Shown here: positions 1 to 8,886 of the stretch, in pieces
How the letters are laid out: each line of letters starts with the position of its first letter
Numbering within the stretch: the first letter of the stretch is position 1
Source: a virus
Lineage: Duplodnaviria; Caudoviricetes
Direction: 5' to 3' (one strand)
Length of the DNA stretch: 64,000 nucleotides
IMG/VR virus record: IMGVR_UViG_2811995030_000001
Span: 1 to 64,000 of that record
The notes under the pieces: generated by a model
What the model was told of the DNA's origin: nothing
Databases searched by the model: none
Seen by the model: the letters and a program-made list of their open reading frames with translations, nothing else
Program-made: the position numbers and the translations under genes

Positions 1-276
1 TTACTTATTCTTTGTTAGTTTTTGCTCTCCAAATTTGATGCCTTTTGTAAGTAAAAAACTTGTGAATCCTATGAATATACCTTGTAATATAATATGTACA
101 GGTACTCCTAAAGCTTCTAACGTTACCCAAACTAAACCTAGTGTAATCGCAATTAAGGCCTCATATTCTTTCTTAAAATTAAATACTTGTCGAATTCCAT
201 ATAACAAGAAAGCAATGGCCACATAAGCTGAAAATTCCATACCTGCTAAAGCATTTAGAAAGTCTAATCCTTCCAT
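1..276 (-). CDS. holin-like small membrane protein
   Basis: 91 aa with about three hydrophobic segments and a basic C-terminus; GGAGGTG RBS; lies at the distal end of the tail module. Confidence 0.65.
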   Translation of the reverse strand: MEGLDFLNALAGMEFSAYVAIAFLLYGIRQVFNFKKEYEALIAITLGLVWVTLEALGVPVHIILQGIFIGFTSFLLTKGIKFGEQKLTKNK

Positions 277-304
277 CTTATCTCACCTCCCTTCAAGTAT
301 AGGA

Positions 305-691
305 TTATTTAAAGCCAAGGAAATAAACAGTAGCAGCAATAAGTACAGCAACAAGAATCTTACCTGCTGTACTACCAATTGTTGTTACCCAGTTAATTGA
401 AAACTTACTTTGCTGATCCTCAATTGACTCCATACGACTTTCCATAGACGTAACCTTAGAATTCATTTCACCTAAGCTTTGACTAACGTTAGTAAGCGTA
501 TCTCCGAATTTAACCATTTCATTTGAAATTTTTTCATTAGTTTCTTTTTGTAATTCAGTCAACGTTACTAACCTTTGTAGAGCTTTATCATTTTCTTCAA
601 GCTTATCTAATCGTCTTTCTTGATGTTTATTAGCTTCTTCAACTATAGCTAATCTCTCTAAGATGACAGTTTCCTTTTCCATTTTAATCAC
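305..691 (-). CDS. holin/XhlA-like coiled-coil protein with C-terminal TM helix
   Basis: Coiled-coil N-terminus plus C-terminal hydrophobic helix (ILVAVLIAATVYFLG), adjacent to the holin-like gene. Confidence 0.55.
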   Translation of the reverse strand: MIKMEKETVILERLAIVEEANKHQERRLDKLEENDKALQRLVTLTELQKETNEKISNEMVKFGDTLTNVSQSLGEMNSKVTSMESRMESIEDQQSKFSINWVTTIGSTAGKILVAVLIAATVYFLGFK

Positions 692-705
692 TCCTAAAAT
701 TTAAG

Positions 706-734
706 TTGTATATTTGAAGCGAATGTGTTATATT
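706..734 (+). promoter_or_regulatory. sigma-A-type promoter, antisense to the late operon
   Basis: TTGTAT-17 nt-TATATT with TG extended -10. Confidence 0.55.
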
Positions 735-740
735 TGTTCT

Positions 741-875
741 AATAGGCGTAATTATGTTTTCCCACATTTCACGCTTATTCGGTTATCGAGTTAGTCATAT
801 TGGCTAGGGGAGAAGAGAGGAGTCTCTTTTCCTCTACATACTGAAGGGCAATCTATTAATTTAGGTTGCCTTTTT
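741..875 (+). ncRNA. candidate structured small RNA (~135 nt)
   Basis: Lies between the promoter at 706-734 and the terminator at 844-875; hairpins 741-749/771-779, 792-797/801-806 and 805-818/823-836. Confidence 0.45.
844..875 (+). terminator. intrinsic terminator
   Basis: AAGGGCAATCTA-loop-TAGGTTGCCTTT followed by a T run. Confidence 0.7.
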
Positions 876-892
876 GCTTATATTTGGAAATT

Positions 893-943
893 AAAAAATA
901 AGAGGCTCAGATAATCCCATAAATAAAAGGATTCTGAGCCTCT
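893..943 (-). terminator. intrinsic terminator after the tailspike gene
   Basis: AGAGGCTCAGA...TCTGAGCCTCT inverted repeat with a T-rich tail on the minus strand. Confidence 0.6.
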
Positions 944-976
944 GAATCTACACAAAAGAGTAGTTTTATTTAGATA

Positions 977-2584
977 TTAAGCCTCAATTAAGCCTATGCC
1001 TTTCCATGTACCAGCCGTACCTGCTACTGTACATACCCATCTTTCATAACTTCCACTAGCAGGATTACTATTAGTGACTGTATCTCCTTTTTTAAAAGTT
1101 CCGTTAACAGGTTTGGAATCAGAAAAAAGTGAAGGTTTCTTATCTTTGCTTAAAGTAACTATCCCTCTGTATGCTCGCAATGTTTTTATGTTATGTGTTC
1201 CTATTGCAGAAAATCTAATACGGATGTATGTAACAGAGCTTCCATTAATAAATTCCACAAATGAAACTTTCTTATAAGTATTCGCTGTTAGACTTATAGA
1301 GCGACTATTTTTATAAGCTCCATCTACAAAGAAATCTACATATGCAGTAGTATCAACAGAAGACTTAATTTCTGTCTCATATGTTAAATAACCTACATCA
1401 CTTATATTTACTTTATGTCTATAGCCTTGAGTAGCTGCTGCTGTTGTTATTTCTAAACTACCGTCAGTCCCTAAAATCCCTGTTGTACTTGCTCCCATTG
1501 TCTCAGTGTCACTAGGGAATGCAGAAGTTCCATTAGCCCATGCAAAGAATCCATAGTTAGGAACAACGTTAGTATAATTTGATTCTATAAGTTGAGAAGC
1601 ATTACCCTCTACAGTCAAACCTGTTATATTGCCTCCATAATCTCTAACAATATACCCTGTGAAGTTTCTTGTATGGTTATAGCAGATTGAAATTCCTCTT
1701 CCGTTATAGATAGCGATTATACCAACACTTCCATCATGAGAAATGTAGTTAGAGTTAATTGAAATCCCACTACATTCAACTCCTGTAGCATATCCAATTT
1801 GAAAAAGAGGGATAGCGTTTGCAAAGAATTCCACGTAGTTACCTATGAAGTTAACTGCTGTACTTTGATATAGAGTAATAGGCACGGTTCCATCATGATT
1901 AGCTCCAGCAAACTCACATCCTATAAAGTTTATTCCGTTACAGTTAAATAGTTCTGTTGCTATTTGTTTAACTTTAAAACTACAAGCAGAAATATTTCCT
2001 TGGTTTGTTTGCGATTCTAAACGCATACCTTTCATGCAATCCTGCATACGCACACGATCAAGAGCAAATGCCCAACAAAAGAATAAGTTTATTCCAACTA
2101 AGCATCCTTTTATATAAACATCTCTAATAGAAAAATCAGCTACTCCACCGCCAGCACCAGAAAGCTTTATAGCAGTACTAGTAGTTGAAGAACCCCAAAT
2201 ACCGAAATTAGCTAGACAAAACCTTACTGTACCTGCATTTGCTAAAAGAATTGTTTCAGACGAAGAAATAAACCCTGATTTCTCTTGTCCAATACCTATG
2301 ATGGAGACGTTAGCTTTTAAAGTAATAGTTGTTACTTTGAATTTTTTCGTTAAAATTAAGCGACCACCAGTAGTTAAACTGTCAATGGCATTTTGAATTG
2401 CTACTGTGTCATCTGTAGTTCCATCACCTTTAGCGTTAAAAGGGGGGAGTAGAGGATTTATATCTTGTTTTGTAATTTCTGTCATTTTAAAGGATTGGTC
2501 ACTTTGTGTAGTTTGTAAACTACTAATATCAGTCATTAACCCTGTACCAATAACAGATTTATCAACTTTAGTTAACTTACCCAT
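977..2584 (-). CDS. tailspike, pectate-lyase-like beta-helix depolymerase
   Basis: AKGDGTTDDTVAIQNAI motif, beta-helix-like repeats, C-terminal WVC..GT.GTWKG.GLI motif. Confidence 0.8.
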   Translation of the reverse strand: MGKLTKVDKSVIGTGLMTDISSLQTTQSDQSFKMTEITKQDINPLLPPFNAKGDGTTDDTVAIQNAIDSLTTGGRLILTKKFKVTTITLKANVSIIGIGQEKSGFISSSETILLANAGTVRFCLANFGIWGSSTTSTAIKLSGAGGGVADFSIRDVYIKGCLVGINLFFCWAFALDRVRMQDCMKGMRLESQTNQGNISACSFKVKQIATELFNCNGINFIGCEFAGANHDGTVPITLYQSTAVNFIGNYVEFFANAIPLFQIGYATGVECSGISINSNYISHDGSVGIIAIYNGRGISICYNHTRNFTGYIVRDYGGNITGLTVEGNASQLIESNYTNVVPNYGFFAWANGTSAFPSDTETMGASTTGILGTDGSLEITTAAATQGYRHKVNISDVGYLTYETEIKSSVDTTAYVDFFVDGAYKNSRSISLTANTYKKVSFVEFINGSSVTYIRIRFSAIGTHNIKTLRAYRGIVTLSKDKKPSLFSDSKPVNGTFKKGDTVTNSNPASGSYERWVCTVAGTAGTWKGIGLIEA

Positions 2585-2603
2585 TAATTTACCTCCTTAC
2601 ATT

Positions 2604-2631
2604 AATAAAAGCCCACCTAAGAAGGTGAGCC
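2604..2631 (-). terminator. intrinsic terminator
   Basis: GCCCACCT-AAGA-AGGTGAGC hairpin with T run on the minus strand. Confidence 0.55.
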
Positions 2632-2705
2632 TCAAAAATTGACGTGCTATAAACGTTGATATAACAGCATTTCTAACTGTGTAAAAGATATGTTTCATGT
2701 AGTTT

Positions 2706-4700
2706 TTATGTTTGAATTAAACCATACCCTTTCCACGTACCAACAGTTCCACCTGATGTACAAATCCATCCTACGTAACCGCCTGCTGTTGGGTTTGTGT
2801 TTTCTACTTTTTCACCAACTAACCAATTTCCTGATGTAGGAGCTGCGTTTGACAATAATTTAGAAGTGGTTTCAAATGAAGGGTTGCACTCGCTATACCC
2901 TTCGTAAAGAGCTACAGAGTCCAATAAAAACTCCCCTGTGGCTGATCCTGCTGAAAACACGTTTTGAACTCTTATGACTGCTGTTGTTGCTGTTGCAGAA
3001 AAGATATAAGATATTTCATGAAAATCAGTTGATTTAGATTGTCTTAATTGACAAGGGTAATCTATAGAAGTTGATGCACCTGAATTAGCCACCATTGTAA
3101 CATGGCTTATTCCAGAAACTTTTTTAACTAAGGCTCTAATTGTATAAGTCCTTCCAATGATAAGACTATTTAAAGTAATCACTACACCTTGATAATTAGC
3201 TGTAGAACTTACACGAACTGATCTGTCTCCTGACACTTTATCTGTTAATTCATCACTTAATGTAACATTCGCATTAGAGGAAGTGTAGGGGTTTGGTATT
3301 CCTCTTCTTAGGAGTGGATTAGGAAGTAAATTTACGTTAGACTGTTTTAAGTTTTCAACAGTAATAACGCCATCGTAATTTTGAGCTTTCAATCCTACAT
3401 TTTGAGTCTTTAAACCATTGCGAGTAGTATTAACTTTAGCTCCATTTAAATATCTTAATCCTGCTGACGCTTGATAATAAGCGATATTTTCCACTGTAAC
3501 TTCTCCGCCATCTATAAAAATTGAACCATCTGGCATATAAATTTCAGATAATGATACAGCTTTAGAATCTTTAATATAAACAGCCTGTATTTCGTCCTGT
3601 GCAATCCCTTCATACCGCAACTGTTCAATCCACGCATCCGATAAGCTACCTCCTGAAACACTGTCTAAGTGAATAGCCTTACCCATTAAAGCGTTTGGTG
3701 ATCCTGCAATATTAAATCCTTTGAGCTTAAAAGATATAGAACCTACCATTTTCAAACCAATCTCAAACCCACCTGCTATTTCAATGTCACTCATCATAAT
3801 AGTATTTCCTTTTGTTTCAATAGCAGTTAAACCATCTTGACCTGATAAATAATAAGAGCCTATCTTATCAAGAAAAAACATTCCGTGGATTTCTGAGCCT
3901 AGGTAGAAAACTCTTTTTAAATCAAACGTTCTAATATTCTTAATTCCGCAAAAACGTAAAACTTTTTCAACTCTCAAAACTCCCACATCTTTTGTTGCTC
4001 CTGATTTAATTGCAAAAGTCAGATCGCTAATATCCCATCTGTAAGTATTAGCAGAAGTTTCATCAAACACCCAACCACCAGACTGTGCAAAGTCACATAA
4101 AATAACACTTCCATTTCCTGCCCCATATAACTTTGTTAGGTTAGGAAATGGTAAGGTTTTAGTTATCCTGTAGTCTCCTCTAGGGATGAAAATATTTCTT
4201 CTTGTTTGAGAACCATAGGTAATTGCTGAAGAAATAGCCTCTGTATCATCCGTAACTCCATCACCCTTAGCGCCAAAATCTTTAACGTTTAGTATTATTT
4301 GATTAAACTTATCTTCGACTTTTTCTTTATATCCAGCTAATTCAGATACATTAATCTCATCCTGTCCGCCCTTGCCGTGTGTAGATTTGTGTCCGACTGT
4401 ATAGGGAACTTTAGGCTCAATCCACATAGCCTCAACAATTGTACCTAATGGAACACCTTCAGCTAATGTAAATGTAGTAGCAGAATCTTCAGTATAGGCT
4501 TCACCAACTCGCTGCTTAACACCGTCTACATAAACTTGAATAACTTTATGATTAGGCTTATATGTACCATTAGATAAAGTAAACTTTGTTTGACCTTCAG
4601 TTGCCGTCCAAGATTCCGTATTAGGAGCACGTTCTAAATCTATAATCCTCTTAAGAAACTCAGGATCGAGAATCTTATCTGTAATTTTAAGCAATCCCAC
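2706..4700 (-). CDS. tailspike, beta-helix depolymerase with N-terminal adaptor domain and C-terminal carbohydrate-binding-like domain
   Basis: NVKDFGAKGDGVTDDTEAI motif; N-terminal module shared with 7191..8507; same C-terminal motif as 977..2584. Confidence 0.8.
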   Translation of the reverse strand: MGLLKITDKILDPEFLKRIIDLERAPNTESWTATEGQTKFTLSNGTYKPNHKVIQVYVDGVKQRVGEAYTEDSATTFTLAEGVPLGTIVEAMWIEPKVPYTVGHKSTHGKGGQDEINVSELAGYKEKVEDKFNQIILNVKDFGAKGDGVTDDTEAISSAITYGSQTRRNIFIPRGDYRITKTLPFPNLTKLYGAGNGSVILCDFAQSGGWVFDETSANTYRWDISDLTFAIKSGATKDVGVLRVEKVLRFCGIKNIRTFDLKRVFYLGSEIHGMFFLDKIGSYYLSGQDGLTAIETKGNTIMMSDIEIAGGFEIGLKMVGSISFKLKGFNIAGSPNALMGKAIHLDSVSGGSLSDAWIEQLRYEGIAQDEIQAVYIKDSKAVSLSEIYMPDGSIFIDGGEVTVENIAYYQASAGLRYLNGAKVNTTRNGLKTQNVGLKAQNYDGVITVENLKQSNVNLLPNPLLRRGIPNPYTSSNANVTLSDELTDKVSGDRSVRVSSTANYQGVVITLNSLIIGRTYTIRALVKKVSGISHVTMVANSGASTSIDYPCQLRQSKSTDFHEISYIFSATATTAVIRVQNVFSAGSATGEFLLDSVALYEGYSECNPSFETTSKLLSNAAPTSGNWLVGEKVENTNPTAGGYVGWICTSGGTVGTWKGYGLIQT

Positions 4701-4718
4701 GATGTTTACCTCCTTTGT

Positions 4719-4754
4719 AAAATAAAAGAGCCGATAGGGGAGACCTACCGACTC
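4719..4754 (-). terminator. intrinsic terminator
   Basis: GAGCCGATAGG-GGAGA-CCTACCGACTC imperfect hairpin (G-U pairs on the minus strand) plus T run. Confidence 0.55.
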
Positions 4755-4876
4755 AAATCTTTAATTGTATTTCTAGTAAAGACAAATCATTTAATTATGT
4801 ACATATGTAATGGAATTTAACGTATTTTTCGCTATAAAGTTCAAGTTTTATGCAGATTTTATGACGCTGTACTCTA

Positions 4877-7177
4877 TTACGACACGACTGTTGTTGACAA
4901 TGTACCTGTATCGTCTACAGTAATCCTATACTTAGTACCATTAGGGGATTTGATGATCGCACCTGTACCGACATCAAATTCAACATCTCCATATAGCTTA
5001 CCGCCAGATGTGTTAAGAAAATGATTTCCTTTAGTTCCGTTACCACTTGCAAAAAACTGTGAAACTCTAATACTCGTACCATTAGACCTTTTCATTACAA
5101 ATATAACTTTGTTAACTGTATCTGGTATACTTTCGTAGGTTTGGTAAACGTATCCCCCAGAAAAATTCGTTTCCTCTTTAATGGTAGTTATAGTCCCATC
5201 AATTTTTTCCACATCAATTCTTATATAATCAGGGATAGACATGTACACAAAAGCACAACCAATAACATTACCGAATCGTAAAGGGTCTGCTGTCATATCA
5301 ATAGTTACTTTAACTTCATCAGTAGGAGTTAAACTAGTCCAAGAAGAATACTGAGAAGGTTCTAAGTTAAAAGCTCGTATTTGACTGTCTGGCAGTTTTC
5401 CTGTAAAGGAAACGATATATTTTTTATGTGCATTCGCTAACGCATTATCTTGATTTCCTATATAGTTTCTCAACGTGTATCGTGTATCTGCTGACTGTAC
5501 TTTGTCTTTCGGACTAATGAAAACAAGTGGTTGCGTCCCATCAGTATTGCTATTTACTTGATTCATTCCGTTATTATTTCTAACTTTGGTCGCTCCACCT
5601 CTTGTTGTAATGGAATTGTTGCGTGCGTTTTGTGAAAATACAAAACTTTCTTGATTCGGGAACCATCCAGTATCCCACAAAGAACCATCGAACGTATTTC
5701 TATGACCACCAAAATAAACAGCTAATTCAGCTGCTGAATCTGGTTGAATGCCTATATTCCCAAATATATTGTTATCTGCTCCAGACGAATTTCCGCCATC
5801 ATCAATTCTAATAAATTCACTGCAACCAAACATATCAACACTATCAAAAGTATTTCCGTTCACATAGTTTCCTTCATTTTTTGCTAATAGTTCTATACCT
5901 TTTTTGAAGTTTCTTATCATGATATTCCTTGTTTTTACTGAAACTATATATGCATTGTCAGCCATTGAAGCATCAAAGAAGATACCTCTTCCTGCTGTTG
6001 AAGTTACACCTCTTAAAATTCCGGTTTCGATACGAGTAGTTGAAGCGATAGTAAACAAATCTTTGCCATCTAAATAAATTGCCGATTTAGAATAACCTGT
6101 TACACCTCTTGTATCAATTTCAAAGTTCTTAAACGTTGCATTTTTCCTAACGATCACACAATCAATATCCGAAACGGGTTTTAATATCGATCCGTTTAAA
6201 TCTAAAGTTTTACCCTGTGGGATATTAATTGTTTCATCGATAGTATACTCACCATAAGGAGCAATCACATTTTGGTTTTCTGCTAATGCTCTGTTTATTG
6301 CCTTTGCAAAATGTGTTTCTCCATTGATTATATACCTTTTAAAATTAACATTTTTAGTATCTAAAAAGGACAGGTCTGTTACATCACTCGATAAAACATC
6401 AATTTTCTGTAGACTTTCGTTAACAGCTCCAACTACACTAGTCTTATCAGTTGTTCCTAGAGTCGCAATATCTCCAATCTTACGCTTATGATCTAGCTTT
6501 AAAGTTTCAATATCTTCACGTCCATCGTACTCAACGTGGGAAAACGGATATTTAGCTTTCGTCTTCTTCATAATTCTCTTTAAGGCTTTTACATATTTCC
6601 AAAAGTCAGTAGTGTAATTACCTGCTAGGCGATTAGCTCTAGAGTAATCATTATTAGTAAAGAAAGATTGTCGAAGGGGAGTAGATAACTCTAATTGAAC
6701 TCCCATACCACGAGTTGTTTTATTAGCTACATTGTTTGTTTCTGTTCCTGCAATTCCACCTGTAGCAACCTCTACAATAAATCCTTCTTTAGCTAATTCA
6801 TCTTTAACAATTTCACATACAGCATAATCTAATCCACCAACCAGTGTTTTCTTTTCTGTTGCATGATAGTAGCCGTGAACACTGATAACATGAGAATGTC
6901 GAGTCATCATATCTAGCAATCTAGGCTCATCAAAATTGGTTGATGTAATATGTAAGTCACTATTTCCACTAGACATCATAGCGTCAAATTCATAATATGA
7001 AGCTAAGTTTTTAGCTGCTTCTTTTACGATTTCGGATGTTCCTGCTTCAATTCCACCACCATGTATGGCTTTGTATAAAGCTGTGGTATTAGGTAGCTCT
7101 TTAGTATTAATTGCATAATCAGTACCCTCCACACGAGCTGCGGATAATTCAGCGTAATTTGCATATAAATCTGCCAT
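4877..7177 (-). CDS. poly-gamma-glutamate hydrolase (PghP family) fused to a beta-helix tailspike
   Basis: N-terminal HGGGIEAGTSE, LHITSTNFDEP, SVHG and GVQLELS motifs of the PghP Zn-peptidase family; linker IGDIATLGTTDKTSVVGAVNE; beta-helix region; C-terminal IKSPNGTKYRITVDDTGTL tail-fibre motif. Confidence 0.8.
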   Translation of the reverse strand: MADLYANYAELSAARVEGTDYAINTKELPNTTALYKAIHGGGIEAGTSEIVKEAAKNLASYYEFDAMMSSGNSDLHITSTNFDEPRLLDMMTRHSHVISVHGYYHATEKKTLVGGLDYAVCEIVKDELAKEGFIVEVATGGIAGTETNNVANKTTRGMGVQLELSTPLRQSFFTNNDYSRANRLAGNYTTDFWKYVKALKRIMKKTKAKYPFSHVEYDGREDIETLKLDHKRKIGDIATLGTTDKTSVVGAVNESLQKIDVLSSDVTDLSFLDTKNVNFKRYIINGETHFAKAINRALAENQNVIAPYGEYTIDETINIPQGKTLDLNGSILKPVSDIDCVIVRKNATFKNFEIDTRGVTGYSKSAIYLDGKDLFTIASTTRIETGILRGVTSTAGRGIFFDASMADNAYIVSVKTRNIMIRNFKKGIELLAKNEGNYVNGNTFDSVDMFGCSEFIRIDDGGNSSGADNNIFGNIGIQPDSAAELAVYFGGHRNTFDGSLWDTGWFPNQESFVFSQNARNNSITTRGGATKVRNNNGMNQVNSNTDGTQPLVFISPKDKVQSADTRYTLRNYIGNQDNALANAHKKYIVSFTGKLPDSQIRAFNLEPSQYSSWTSLTPTDEVKVTIDMTADPLRFGNVIGCAFVYMSIPDYIRIDVEKIDGTITTIKEETNFSGGYVYQTYESIPDTVNKVIFVMKRSNGTSIRVSQFFASGNGTKGNHFLNTSGGKLYGDVEFDVGTGAIIKSPNGTKYRITVDDTGTLSTTVVS

Positions 7178-7190
7178 TCAGTTTAACCTC

Positions 7191-8507
7191 CTATTCTGCA
7201 ATTATTCCAAACACATGCCAACGTCCAGTAGCCTCAATATAAAACCATCCTAGATTTCCACCTGATTGAGCAGAATTGCTAGTTTGCCATACTATATAAT
7301 CTCCTACAACTGTTGGATGTTCTGTTGGTTCTGTTGCTGATGTTACTCTTTGCAAGTCATTGATACGGTCATCAATTGAATCATATCCAGCTAAATCAGT
7401 GACATTTAATTCATCAGAGCCACCTAATTTATGAGTATCTCCATGGCTATGAAAGATGGAAATCCCACCTTCAAACCACCAAGCAAATACTTGCATTCCT
7501 TCTTCTATACCACTAATAGTAATAGAGGTAGAGCTTGTTTCTACATAACCGTCACCACTAATCTGAGGAACGCCACCTACTATAACTTGTATTTTATTTT
7601 TACCAATTTGATATGAACCATTTGTAATTTCAAATACAGTTTGACCTGCTTGAGCAACCCATGATTGAGAATTAATTGTAGTCTTATTCGATAACATTCT
7701 CCAGTATGTAATATTCGATGGGGGAGTGTTAACAGGTACATCTTGCATAGCTATAAATGTTGCACCGTCAAAATCAACCATGTTACGTTCTTTATATGTA
7801 AGGGTAGAATCATACTCGCCTTTATGGTCAAGTGAATCAGCTACGGCATTAGCATGGTCTGCTGCGTTATTAGCATTGTTGGTAGCTGTAATTGTGTCCT
7901 GTCTAGCTGCCTCAGTCTCAGCAATCTTAGCATCTGTTTTATCACGTAGCTCTTCGTAAACTTCTTGCTCACGAGTCTCCATATCTGAGATTGCTTTAGC
8001 TGTATCTGCAATTACTTTTAATCTAGTTTCCTCTGTTTCAAGAATCTTAGCATTCATCTCAGCGATTTTCTCAGCCACAGCTTTTCTATCTGCTTCTAAA
8101 TCTGCTTTACTTTTATCAACTAATTGTTGCAAAGTTTGAACAGGGTTTCCGTCTTGGTCATAATCAATTACGATACGATCAGCAGCAAAGTAAACACAAC
8201 CTGTACCTTTGTAGACAAACTTTAAACTCAATCCATTTTTAGAAGAGTGGAAGATAACTAATCCTAACGTATAATCTACATAGTATTGGTTCTGACTAGG
8301 TTGAGTAGAATGGGTTTCATACAAAGGCTGACCATTATATGTAACAAATACTTTTTCTTTCTTGTGAGGAATTTCACGTAAAACGACACGGTTTTTGTCT
8401 ACTACATGGTCATCTGTATAATCTTGATAAGGATCAGTAGGTGAGCCGTCCCTAGAAAATATAGAGACAGGCTTAACCTTACTAAATAAGTTATCTAGTA
8501 TGGACAT
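7191..8507 (-). CDS. tail/baseplate adaptor protein for receptor-binding proteins
   Basis: N-terminal YYVDYTLGLVIF baseplate-type motif, coiled coil, then modules shared with the tailspikes; SPbeta-like synteny. Confidence 0.6.
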   Translation of the reverse strand: MSILDNLFSKVKPVSIFSRDGSPTDPYQDYTDDHVVDKNRVVLREIPHKKEKVFVTYNGQPLYETHSTQPSQNQYYVDYTLGLVIFHSSKNGLSLKFVYKGTGCVYFAADRIVIDYDQDGNPVQTLQQLVDKSKADLEADRKAVAEKIAEMNAKILETEETRLKVIADTAKAISDMETREQEVYEELRDKTDAKIAETEAARQDTITATNNANNAADHANAVADSLDHKGEYDSTLTYKERNMVDFDGATFIAMQDVPVNTPPSNITYWRMLSNKTTINSQSWVAQAGQTVFEITNGSYQIGKNKIQVIVGGVPQISGDGYVETSSTSITISGIEEGMQVFAWWFEGGISIFHSHGDTHKLGGSDELNVTDLAGYDSIDDRINDLQRVTSATEPTEHPTVVGDYIVWQTSNSAQSGGNLGWFYIEATGRWHVFGIIAE

Positions 8508-8537
8508 ACCATAATCATCCTCCTTTTATATTTTATT

Positions 8538-8672
8538 TTATTTAACTTCTGAATCTGTATCTTGTAAAACTTGATTTACATCTTCACGAATATTTTCAGG
8601 AACTCTATCAATTGTATATAATCCTTTTTCAACTAGTCTTACATATATCATTACAAAAGGGTTATTCAACAT
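8538..8672 (-). CDS. small tail-associated protein (CD1375/XkdX-like), 44 aa
   Basis: Manually translated MLNNPFVMIYVRLVEKGLYTIDRVPENIREDVNQVLQDTDSEVK; overlaps the stop of the upstream gene; below the ORF-track cutoff. Confidence 0.7.
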   Translation of the reverse strand: MLNNPFVMIYVRLVEKGLYTIDRVPENIREDVNQVLQDTDSEVK

Positions 8673-8874
8673 CAGTTACACGGCTTTCATAAAGCTGTGC
8701 TACTCCTAGCATTGCTGCTGTATTATCTGCTTCTAAAGTTGCTAATCGTTCCATTAAAGAGTTTTGTAATTGTATTTCATATTCCTTAACTTTTGCAACA
8801 AAGTCTCCTTCTGAGATAGAACCTTGCTCTAAAAGCTGTTTCTTAAATAATTCCACTTGAGTTTCATACCACAT
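8662..8874 (-). CDS. small tail-associated hypothetical protein
   Basis: 70 aa with AAGGAG RBS, between the tail tip gene and the CD1375-like gene. Confidence 0.65.
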   Translation of the reverse strand: MWYETQVELFKKQLLEQGSISEGDFVAKVKEYEIQLQNSLMERLATLEADNTAAMLGVAQLYESRVTDVE

Positions 8875-8886
8875 ATAAACATCTCC

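Noticed and set aside
741-875. Type I toxin-antitoxin locus
   Set aside because: No convergent small hydrophobic toxin ORF overlaps the RNA
977-8507. Diversity-generating retroelement or invertible tail-fibre shufflon
   Set aside because: No reverse transcriptase, no adenine-specific template/variable repeat pair, and all tailspike genes share one orientation
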